The notes under the pieces: model-generated | Told to the model about the DNA's origin: nothing | Databases searched by the model: none | What the model saw: only the letters and a program-made list of their open reading frames with translations | Program-made: the position numbers and the translations under genes | Virus record (IMG/VR): IMGVR_UViG_3300042991_000632 | Span: 91,036-148,025 of that record | Source of the DNA: a virus | Lineage: Duplodnaviria; Heunggongvirae; Uroviricota; Caudoviricetes | Length of the DNA: 56,990 nt | Direction: 5' to 3' (one strand) | Shown here: positions 27,542 through 35,515 of the stretch, piece after piece | How the letters are laid out: every line of letters begins with the position of its first letter | Numbering within the stretch: the stretch's first letter is position 1

Positions 27542-29385
27542 TAACCAACCTTTTTCCTTAAAAATACTCTGATATCTTTTTCTGGGTATTTTATTTCAAA
27601 CATTGAGTCTTCGGTTGAATGGATTGTATTATTAATAATTTGTATTTCACCAGTTGTTGTATCTGCAAATTCTTGTGAAATTACGTTACTTGAATACTGT
27701 CCACCAACTTTATTATATACTTTAACATCAATAATATTTATAACACCATTTGCTTCAAGAATTTGTCTTTCAAGTCTGCCAAGAAATACATCTTGGTTCA
27801 TTTCATAATCGTTGATATCGAAATATTCTCTAACAAGAGTAATTATGTTATTTGCTATCGTATTATCGCTAATATTTTCAACATAAACATCAATATCAAA
27901 TGCCAAATTAAATATCTTGCCGTCTTTAATCTCAACATAATCATTAATCATTCGATATTGACTAAGATACTCTGCAATATTTTCCTTTAATAATGTATTA
28001 CTTGTGTTTGATAATTTACCTGTTTCACCATTAAGACTAAGAATAGAAATGACAACTTTGTTATGTTCCTTAAATGCATTTGCACGGAATGGTGAACCAA
28101 ACTTACCCGGTATTTTATAAACCTGAAGTAAGTAATCGGTTAATGTTACATCTCTGAACTGACTTGAAAAATTATATTTAATTAATTGCCTGATTTGTTC
28201 TGTACTTAAACCATCATTACCACCAATTGCTGGAATTGGATTGGTTACTTTAAGACTTCTTTTAACAGTTTGATTAAAATCAGAACGTGATCCAAGAACA
28301 TTTAGATTATAGTTACCAAGTTGCGTTAGTGTTCTTGCACCAATATTTGAATTACTTCCACCACCAGTACGATATTTTACGAATAATGTGTATCCTGCTT
28401 TAAGTTTTTCACCTAATGCTGTATTATTCAAGAAATTTTCAAGAAAAGCACGATTACTAACACCTTCTTTTAAAAATCCTTCTCTGAATGCATTAACGTC
28501 TGCATCACCAGAACCAAAAGTTAATTTACAATAACCATTTGGTGTGTATTCCTTAATGAATTTTCTTGTTATGTCAAGCCAGCGTGCTGCTTTAACTAAT
28601 GTTGTATTTTGTGAACTTTGTGTATCCTCAACAAATATTCTTTGTTGTGCTAAATATTCAACCTCATAATATCTGTTGTCATCCTTATAGAATTCACTTA
28701 TTGCCGGATTAGATGAATAATTAGTACCTTCCAATAATATTACACTATCTATTTCAAGCACATCAGCGTCAGGTAATGTTACAGTAAAGAATGGAACAAT
28801 ATCTGCTGATGTTATAATTTTCTTATAGATATTTGACGAACCATTGATTACAACTTCTCTTTTAGTAACACTATAATTTACAATGATTCCATTTGAATTT
28901 AAATTAGGAATAATTGAACGGTTTGGATCACCAAGATTGCTGACCGGGGAATTCCAATCAATAATATCTTGTGTTTCAAAGGTTTTGCCAGCACCAATAA
29001 CTTGTGCACCAATATCTAATACCGGATAATATGATGCATCGGGTCTGTCGCCAAGAACAGGAATAGTAACAGTAAAATCAACAACGGTAACAGATGGTCT
29101 ACGTGCAGGAATATTAAATCCCATGTTTTTCGCAATATTCAATATTGACGTTCTTTGCTGTGCATATTCCAGTTGTGTTTCTTGAAATACCCTATCGGTA
29201 TTAATCGCCAAATTGTTACCAACACCAGCATTGAGGTCAATAAGCATTGCACCAACGCTTGAATCAGTAAAGTCACTGAGTACTTCAGGATATGCTTGTC
29301 TGATGTACGCAATCAGGTCTGTTCTGATCTCTCCGAAAGTTCTACTTCCGTATCTGATAATGTTTGTTACTGTATCTGTTGCCAT
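27541..29385 (-). CDS. Baseplate wedge subunit (T4 gp6 / baseplate J-like)
   Basis: SRTFGEIRTDLIAYIRQAYP..DFTDSSVGAMLIDL; YRTGGGSNSNI; GGNDGLSTEQIR; VTLTDY motifs. Confidence 0.85.
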   Translation of the reverse strand: MATDTVTNIIRYGSRTFGEIRTDLIAYIRQAYPEVLSDFTDSSVGAMLIDLNAGVGNNLAINTDRVFQETQLEYAQQRTSILNIAKNMGFNIPARRPSVTVVDFTVTIPVLGDRPDASYYPVLDIGAQVIGAGKTFETQDIIDWNSPVSNLGDPNRSIIPNLNSNGIIVNYSVTKREVVINGSSNIYKKIITSADIVPFFTVTLPDADVLEIDSVILLEGTNYSSNPAISEFYKDDNRYYEVEYLAQQRIFVEDTQSSQNTTLVKAARWLDITRKFIKEYTPNGYCKLTFGSGDADVNAFREGFLKEGVSNRAFLENFLNNTALGEKLKAGYTLFVKYRTGGGSNSNIGARTLTQLGNYNLNVLGSRSDFNQTVKRSLKVTNPIPAIGGNDGLSTEQIRQLIKYNFSSQFRDVTLTDYLLQVYKIPGKFGSPFRANAFKEHNKVVISILSLNGETGKLSNTSNTLLKENIAEYLSQYRMINDYVEIKDGKIFNLAFDIDVYVENISDNTIANNIITLVREYFDINDYEMNQDVFLGRLERQILEANGVINIIDVKVYNKVGGQYSSNVISQEFADTTTGEIQIINNTIHSTEDSMFEIKYPEKDIRVFLRKKVG

Positions 29386-29395
29386 GTTCTATATC

Positions 29396-29794
29396 TTAAA
29401 AGTTTAAATCTAATTCACCTTGTTCACTAAACGCATCTTCACTATATGTGAATTTAATCTTTACGTTTAATTGATTATCTGATATTGGTTGTCCTTCATT
29501 GTCTTCATTATAATTAAATTCAACCATTTCAATTGTAAGTGCTGGAATATATAATGAAACTGTTCTTTTTATTTCCTGTTCAATATCACTTGCCGTTAAA
29601 TTATCGTTAGGTTCAAAAATGAACTTCAATAGATTTGTACCATAATCAGGCTCATAATATCTTTCGCCTCTTTGTGTTAGCAAAAGTAAAAGCAAATCAG
29701 AACTAAATGCGTCTTTAGTTACATTACTCATCGCAAAATAAGTATTCGTAACTACGTTATCGTTAAGCGGAAACTTGATATTATATGAAATCAT
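29396..29794 (-). CDS. Baseplate wedge / sheath-initiator protein (gp25/GPW-like)
   Basis: LLLTQRGERYYEPDYGTNLLKFIFEP..IEQEIKRTVSLYIP. Start moved to ATG 29794. Confidence 0.88.
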   Translation of the reverse strand: MISYNIKFPLNDNVVTNTYFAMSNVTKDAFSSDLLLLLLTQRGERYYEPDYGTNLLKFIFEPNDNLTASDIEQEIKRTVSLYIPALTIEMVEFNYNEDNEGQPISDNQLNVKIKFTYSEDAFSEQGELDLNF

Positions 29795-29809
29795 TATAAA
29801 ACAGTTTTC

Positions 29810-29818
29810 TATAAATAC
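29810..29818 (-). promoter_or_regulatory. Putative late promoter motif
   Basis: tataaatac upstream of ATG 29794. Confidence 0.65.
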
Positions 29819-29826
29819 TAATAAAC

Positions 29827-29857
29827 AAAAAAATCCCGACATTACCTGCCGGGATTT
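29827..29857 (-). terminator. Intrinsic terminator
   Basis: aaatcccgac...gccgggattt GC hairpin with T run on the minus strand. Confidence 0.75.
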
Positions 29858-29874
29858 CTTCTACGATATTATTG

Positions 29875-30348
29875 TTATGCGAAAACGTCTTTTTTCTTTC
29901 TTCCACGTTTACCTTTAGTCGCTGCTTTTTCTTCGGCTTCTTTCTGCTTTTGAACATCAAAGATGCTTTTGATTGATTCATGTAGTGTGAGAATTGAATT
30001 ATCACCGTATTTTTGTAACACACCACTATACGTATTAAAATCAGGTTTTTCATATCCAACAGCATCAGTTTCGGATACTGTAACACCAGCAAGACATTCA
30101 TCAATTACCATTCTTTTCATATCATCTGGTAACTGATTAAAAACATCCTCATTGATAATGATTGCGAAATTTACGCCTTCTGCAAGTGCTTGTACAAGAT
30201 CATTTGCTCTCCAAGGTTTGCATACTTCTTTCTTTTGTTTATTGTTGCAGAGAACTCTGAACTCAACCCACTGAGGGATTGACGATTTATCTCTGACTTC
30301 ATCAAAAATTTTTACTACGTCTTCAGACGCTTCTTCGAATTTTGCCAT
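29875..30348 (-). CDS. Phage metallopeptidase-like protein, HExxH apparently degenerate
   Basis: FAIIINEDVFNQLPDDMKRMVIDECLAG..PDFNTYSGVLQKYG resembles the phage putative-metallopeptidase family, but DECLA replaces HELxH. Confidence 0.45.
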   Translation of the reverse strand: MAKFEEASEDVVKIFDEVRDKSSIPQWVEFRVLCNNKQKKEVCKPWRANDLVQALAEGVNFAIIINEDVFNQLPDDMKRMVIDECLAGVTVSETDAVGYEKPDFNTYSGVLQKYGDNSILTLHESIKSIFDVQKQKEAEEKAATKGKRGRKKKDVFA

Positions 30349-30377
30349 AATTTTTCAGTTTTTAATTATTAATTGAA

Positions 30378-30839
30378 TTATATTTTCTTGTGTGCATACT
30401 TCTGTGCATATTGTATTAATGTCGGTTCATATTTGTTCTTAACCTCTTCGATTTTCAAACTAAGATCACCAAACATCGGGTCTTCTGCTTCAAATTCTTT
30501 TTCGAATTTTTGTTCAAGTTCTTGTGCAAATGAAAGCATGTCCTCGATGCTTGCCTTTACCATATCCTCAACCTCAATCAATGTTGCAAGTTGTCTGTTT
30601 ATCGCATCTTGTTTTTTAATTTCTTCCATTTTTTTCTCATAATCAGAATTGAGTTCGATTGCTTCTTCAGTAACCAGTTTTACCATACCAGCCTCTTCAA
30701 GTCGCTTTTCAATTAATTTTTCGGCATTCTTTTTTTCGTCTGCCAATTTATCAATATCTTTAATTTTTTTCGCTGCTTCTGAATTAAATTCACCATTATC
30801 GACAGCATTTTTTAATTTTTCTAAAAATTCTTTTGCCAT
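30378..30839 (-). CDS. Hypothetical acidic helical protein (153 aa)
   Basis: ATG ORF in the operon; no family recognised. Confidence 0.7.
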   Translation of the reverse strand: MAKEFLEKLKNAVDNGEFNSEAAKKIKDIDKLADEKKNAEKLIEKRLEEAGMVKLVTEEAIELNSDYEKKMEEIKKQDAINRQLATLIEVEDMVKASIEDMLSFAQELEQKFEKEFEAEDPMFGDLSLKIEEVKNKYEPTLIQYAQKYAHKKI

Positions 30840-30850
30840 ATTAGTTAAAT

Positions 30851-31774
30851 TTATATTCCCATTTGTTTCATTTCAATTCCTTGAAATTTCCAAACCTCAT
30901 GGGTATTGTTATGTATTATTCTTTTTAAAAATTTCGTAACACCAAATCCGATTACTGTACCATATTGATCCTTAACATAAACTTCCTTAACATCAATAAG
31001 TTCATTGAACACTTCGGATTGGTCAGTCACGCCTGACGTTTTGAATTTCAAAGGTACGAAAAATTCCAATTGCCTATGCTCAAAACCAATTTTTTTTACA
31101 TGTAAAAATTCAGTGAGTTGTTCGATTTTATTCACAATATTTTCGTTATTGTGTCCGACCCTTATTGGAAATTCAAATTGCTTTGATTTCTTAAACATGT
31201 CTTGAACTTCGTATTCAAAATCGGCATTATTCTTCTCACTCTTTTCAAGAACATCAAACACTTTCACAAATCCAACCTCAATTGGTTTATTGTCAAACAT
31301 ATAAAGCAATTTTAGATCATCATCCTTCGTTCTTCGTTCTTCCATTTCAAGTTCAAGAACCTCACCTAATGTTTTTCCGGCATGTTTATGTGATTCATCA
31401 AAAAATCCGGTATAATTATATCTCCTGCCATACTGATCTTTTTCTTCCATCTCATTATTTAAATGACGCATGTGTTTGTCAATTGCCAATAATCTTTGAT
31501 TTGGTAATGCAGTACGTATGAACTTATCTGCCTTTTTTAAAACATCATAGTATTCACGAACATACTTTTCATCCGTTTTCCCGGCATAAAACTTTTCAAG
31601 CAATGGATTGTGATGTAATTTACGTTGAACCCTTTTGTCACGTTCCTGTAAATTGTTTGGGTCTGCTTTAAGTATTTCAATTTCAGTATTGTATAATGCA
31701 ATACTTATTGAAACCATAATTGTATGGTATTTAACATAAATCCAGAGAAGTATCTTCTGAAAGAATTTCTTCAT
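30851..31774 (-). CDS. Hypothetical protein (307 aa)
   Basis: ORF tightly packed between neighbours; no family recognised. Confidence 0.7.
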   Translation of the reverse strand: MKKFFQKILLWIYVKYHTIMVSISIALYNTEIEILKADPNNLQERDKRVQRKLHHNPLLEKFYAGKTDEKYVREYYDVLKKADKFIRTALPNQRLLAIDKHMRHLNNEMEEKDQYGRRYNYTGFFDESHKHAGKTLGEVLELEMEERRTKDDDLKLLYMFDNKPIEVGFVKVFDVLEKSEKNNADFEYEVQDMFKKSKQFEFPIRVGHNNENIVNKIEQLTEFLHVKKIGFEHRQLEFFVPLKFKTSGVTDQSEVFNELIDVKEVYVKDQYGTVIGFGVTKFLKRIIHNNTHEVWKFQGIEMKQMGI

Positions 31775-31775
31775 T

Positions 31776-33158
31776 TTATACCACCGCTAATATTTTTGCT
31801 ACTGCTGCTTTATAGAATTCAGCACGTTTCTTTGTTACTTCAGCAAGATTATATTCAACCTTAAAATCTTCGTACAACTGTTCGCCAAGTTGTTTCCTTA
31901 AATCAGCATCAAGTATAAGTTTCTTTAGATATTTCTTCCAATACTTATGTGCATTCTTTTCATTAGGAATCAACACACAGTTTTCCATATGTCTACCATC
32001 AATATTATATGGTGCAACATCACTACAAACAATTGGAAGTTTTCTTGACCAGCATTCAACTTGTTTCAAGTTTGATTTCATTCTGTTGAATGAATTATCG
32101 GCAAGCGGAGCAATCTCAATATCTGTTTCATCAAGAACTTGTGCATAAATATTTGCCTTCTGAGTCCAACGTCTGGCAAAATTACCTTCATTTTCGTATC
32201 TAACGTTTCTTTCGAAGTTCATAAGCCACTGAAGATAGTCAGGATTGGTTATTATTCTATGATTATCCGTGAGAATCTTTTCATAGTGCAAATAAACACT
32301 TTCAATTGATTTAATATCTCTTTGCTTTTGATCGAAAACCTTTCCTCTATATTTTTCTCTAAGATCATCCGGTAAGTTCGGTAATACATCAACATTTCCT
32401 CTTGATCTGTTTATTGCCTTCACCATTTGGTTTGTCCATAAACCTTTTTTTTGAAGTTCAGCACCAAAGTCCTGATTGAATGTAATATCTGTTGTATTAC
32501 CTTCAGTGTCCCATCCGGCAATAATAACTTTGAATTTACCATGTGTTTGAGGATCGGCATCAAGCCAGTTCACAACACCTTCAAGTTGTTCAACGTCAAC
32601 CATGTGAGAAGAACCAGCCATGTAAGTAATCCTTACAAGTCCATTTGGGTCTGGCTTCCAGTTATTTTGAAACTGTTTCATCCATGTCGGGTCAACTGAG
32701 TTATATAGCACATTAACATTATCTTTACCTGTTACTTTACGAATTTCTTCGGCAAATAAATCCGTTGTTGTTGTAACATAATCGGCAATTTTAAGGTTTT
32801 CCATTATTGGAACATGCATTTTTCTTTCAAGATTCAACGCATAGAATGGATGTTTCTTATGTAACTCCCAATAGTCATCAATGTCAACAATCAAGATTGT
32901 TCCTGATTTTCTTAATTCATTTGCAAGATTCAACATCTGCTTAGTGTCACCTAAGAATTGACGATGATAATGTATTATGTGAAATGTTTTCAAATAATCA
33001 ACAAATTTCGGATCATTGAAGTCGATTTTTGGGTTTATCTCAACATAAAATTCGTCTGAGTGATTTCTTTCAAGTTCCATCGCTGGCGTTAATGTTCTAA
33101 AGTAATTAACACCTGCACCATCAAGGTTGTAGAATAAAATTCTGATTTTTCCGTCCAT
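31776..33158 (-). CDS. Glycosyltransferase (GT-B fold, GT4-like)
   Basis: GVNYFR, VDIDDYW, ADYVTTTT, DIEIAPL..FNRMKSNLK, LPIVCSDVAPY, LRKQLGE motifs. Confidence 0.85.
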   Translation of the reverse strand: MDGKIRILFYNLDGAGVNYFRTLTPAMELERNHSDEFYVEINPKIDFNDPKFVDYLKTFHIIHYHRQFLGDTKQMLNLANELRKSGTILIVDIDDYWELHKKHPFYALNLERKMHVPIMENLKIADYVTTTTDLFAEEIRKVTGKDNVNVLYNSVDPTWMKQFQNNWKPDPNGLVRITYMAGSSHMVDVEQLEGVVNWLDADPQTHGKFKVIIAGWDTEGNTTDITFNQDFGAELQKKGLWTNQMVKAINRSRGNVDVLPNLPDDLREKYRGKVFDQKQRDIKSIESVYLHYEKILTDNHRIITNPDYLQWLMNFERNVRYENEGNFARRWTQKANIYAQVLDETDIEIAPLADNSFNRMKSNLKQVECWSRKLPIVCSDVAPYNIDGRHMENCVLIPNEKNAHKYWKKYLKKLILDADLRKQLGEQLYEDFKVEYNLAEVTKKRAEFYKAAVAKILAVV

Positions 33159-33194
33159 AAAAATTATAAAAATTTATAAAATAATGTAATTTCT

Positions 33195-33203
33195 TATAAA
33201 TAC
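33195..33203 (-). promoter_or_regulatory. Putative late promoter motif
   Basis: tataaatac upstream of ATG 33158. Confidence 0.6.
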
Positions 33204-33243
33204 GTAAAAATAAGGTAAAGTCATCAAAGATGAAAGAGTTTTT

Positions 33244-33271
33244 AAAAAAAAAGCCAACATTTTGTTGGCTT
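33244..33271 (-). terminator. Intrinsic terminator
   Basis: aagccaaca-ttt-tgttggctt hairpin with T run on the minus strand. Confidence 0.75.
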
Positions 33272-33296
33272 CATTGAATAGATCAAATATTTGAGG

Positions 33297-33689
33297 TTAT
33301 TCTACTTCTTCCTTTTCGTCTTTTTTTACAACTTTCTTCTTACCGTATTTCTTATCCTCGTCTTCTTCTACTTTGGGTTCAACGATCTTTTTAAAACTCT
33401 TGAAAAATCCTTTTTTTTCTTCTACCTTTGGTTTTGGTTGTTCTGGTTTTTTTATTAATTTCGCTAATTCGGATTCACTAATTTCTTCAACAATAACCAA
33501 TCCCTTTACTCTCAATCTATGAACAGATAATGGTAACGCATCTGCGTTTAGAAAAATATTATTGCCCGGTTTAACCTTAACAATTTTTTTAACCATGTGA
33601 TCAATAAATTCAACATCCAATATTGAATTATATTTTGGCTCACGCTTTCCTATCGAATTTGTAATATTCGTAATTTTGTATGTACTCAT
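33297..33689 (-). CDS. Hypothetical protein with Lys/Glu-rich tail (130 aa)
   Basis: ATG ORF; no family recognised. Confidence 0.7.
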   Translation of the reverse strand: MSTYKITNITNSIGKREPKYNSILDVEFIDHMVKKIVKVKPGNNIFLNADALPLSVHRLRVKGLVIVEEISESELAKLIKKPEQPKPKVEEKKGFFKSFKKIVEPKVEEDEDKKYGKKKVVKKDEKEEVE

Positions 33690-33697
33690 AATTTTAA

Positions 33698-34531
33698 TTA
33701 TTTTAGTCCTTGAATTAATTTATCACCATATTTGATGCCGTCATAACCCATTTTCATTGCTTTTTCGGCAATTGCTTTATTTTTTAAATTTAACACATCA
33801 AGATTATATTTTTCCGCTAATTTTTCAAAATTAACATTTGGAAACCATATTTTTGCCATAATATCAACAGGTTGTTGACTGTCTTTATATGTAACGCCTA
33901 ATGCATTCGTATCAAGAAGATTTTCGAAATCAATTTGAAACTTGGAGAAACCATTTAATGGTTCTAATGTAAAGAAGTTTCCAACAACTGAATTTTCTTT
34001 TATCGGTTCTTTTCGATATGCAACAATTGATTGTGGATTTACGCTTGGCTTTTCGGATTGAACTTCAGCATTATCTTCTTCTAATGATGATAAAAATTCA
34101 CTTCTGTCAGTATAATTATTATTAATATCATTTTCATCATTAATAACATCATTGTTAACAATCTCTTCTACGTTATGTGCTTGTTCGTATTCAAAAATAT
34201 CTTCGATCTTATTTAATAATCTACAAGCATCTTTGTCACCCAAGTCAATTTTAATTGCTTTAATTGGTGTACCACTTTGCATTGCTTTGACCCATCTGTG
34301 ATGACCATCAAGAATTTTATTATCGTTACTAAGCCAAATTGGATTCATATCATCAAGACTTACACCTTCAACCTCATCAGAAAATGTTATCCCCTGTGAT
34401 GGTTCTAATTCGTTTGGATCAATCTCAATTAAATTATAATCCACTTCTTCCTCATCAAGTTTTTCCAATATAATATCATATGGTGCACTTATCTGTGGGA
34501 GAAAACGTGGTTTATATCTCATATCAATCAT
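33698..34531 (-). CDS. ParB/Srx-like domain protein with possible C-terminal ART-like domain
   Basis: PIWLSNDNKILDGHHRW (ParB/Srx); C-terminal VAYRK..FFT..GYDGIKY pattern (tentative). Confidence 0.65.
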   Translation of the reverse strand: MIDMRYKPRFLPQISAPYDIILEKLDEEEVDYNLIEIDPNELEPSQGITFSDEVEGVSLDDMNPIWLSNDNKILDGHHRWVKAMQSGTPIKAIKIDLGDKDACRLLNKIEDIFEYEQAHNVEEIVNNDVINDENDINNNYTDRSEFLSSLEEDNAEVQSEKPSVNPQSIVAYRKEPIKENSVVGNFFTLEPLNGFSKFQIDFENLLDTNALGVTYKDSQQPVDIMAKIWFPNVNFEKLAEKYNLDVLNLKNKAIAEKAMKMGYDGIKYGDKLIQGLK

Positions 34532-34546
34532 TGATTTATAATTTTA

Positions 34547-34555
34547 TATAAATAC
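34547..34555 (-). promoter_or_regulatory. Putative late promoter motif
   Basis: tataaatac upstream of ATG 34531. Confidence 0.6.
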
Positions 34556-34557
34556 GT

Positions 34558-35118
34558 TTAAATTATTTTTTGAATTTCATCACGAATAATGTCAATTAAT
34601 TTGAAATTTGATTCAACTAACGTTAATTTACCATTATTTGAATGATAAACATTAAATGTTATGTGTTCAGGAATCTGACTTTTAATTGTTTGGTATGCAA
34701 TTATATGTTCTTCCATGTCATCATAAACATTAATTTCGGTTATATCAGGAAATTGTTGAATATAATTTAAAATCTTTTGACCCTTATCTTTCCAATCATA
34801 TTTCATGTCAAGTTTATCAACATGAATGTTATTTTTATCTAAAACAGCCTGAACATATGGGCGTAACTTCTCCTGTCTGGATGTTAAAACAATAACATAA
34901 CTATCGGGTATTGACTGTTCTCTTTCTAATTGGTGTAATACAACCGGGAATGGTTTTATATCGAAAACATCCAAATCCAAACTTTCTGGTCTGCCCCACC
35001 AACCCTGATGTGGATATTGATATCCCATTTTATCCTGCCAAAACTGTTTTCCGTTTTCTTTTTCGGGAGAATTTATTAATGTACCATCAAAATCAAATGC
35101 TGCTAATCGTTTTATCAT
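34558..35118 (-). CDS. HAD-superfamily phosphatase (Swiss-army-knife RNA-repair HAD-like)
   Basis: AFDFDGTL motif I, WW, VLTSR motif II, K, YDD motif IV. ATG 35118 lies 1 nt after the upstream TAA. Confidence 0.8.
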   Translation of the reverse strand: MIKRLAAFDFDGTLINSPEKENGKQFWQDKMGYQYPHQGWWGRPESLDLDVFDIKPFPVVLHQLEREQSIPDSYVIVLTSRQEKLRPYVQAVLDKNNIHVDKLDMKYDWKDKGQKILNYIQQFPDITEINVYDDMEEHIIAYQTIKSQIPEHITFNVYHSNNGKLTLVESNFKLIDIIRDEIQKII

Positions 35119-35119
35119 A

Positions 35120-35515
35120 TTATCTAAATTCAACTTCAGTTACTTTTCCTGTTAGTTTTAATGGAAACGGTATGGGTTTCCAGTCGGTTAATTGATTTGA
35201 CATTACTGGTTTACCGCCTTCAGCAGCATTTACCGCTAATGTAATATGTGGCTTTATGTTTACTGATTCATAACCATTAACACCAACAGCAATTACCTTA
35301 TCATTAATTGCATAATCCTCAACATTCAATACAATCTCACTACCATTTATCAAATCATTTTTCGCCTGAGATTCTGGATCAAGTGCACCTGTCATTATTG
35401 TCATATGATGTGCAAATATTTTCCAGCCTTCAGGTATCATTGACTTGAAAACCTTAACTAATTTCTGATGAGACTCATCATCAAGAATAACTGCACTATA
35501 TGAAATATCTGCCAT
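35120..35515 (-). CDS. 2H phosphoesterase (2',3'-cyclic phosphodiesterase-like)
   Basis: Two HxT motifs: AHHMTI and KPHITL; ends LTGKV as in tRNA-ligase CPDase-like domains. Confidence 0.8.
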   Translation of the reverse strand: MADISYSAVILDDESHQKLVKVFKSMIPEGWKIFAHHMTIMTGALDPESQAKNDLINGSEIVLNVEDYAINDKVIAVGVNGYESVNIKPHITLAVNAAEGGKPVMSNQLTDWKPIPFPLKLTGKVTEVEFR

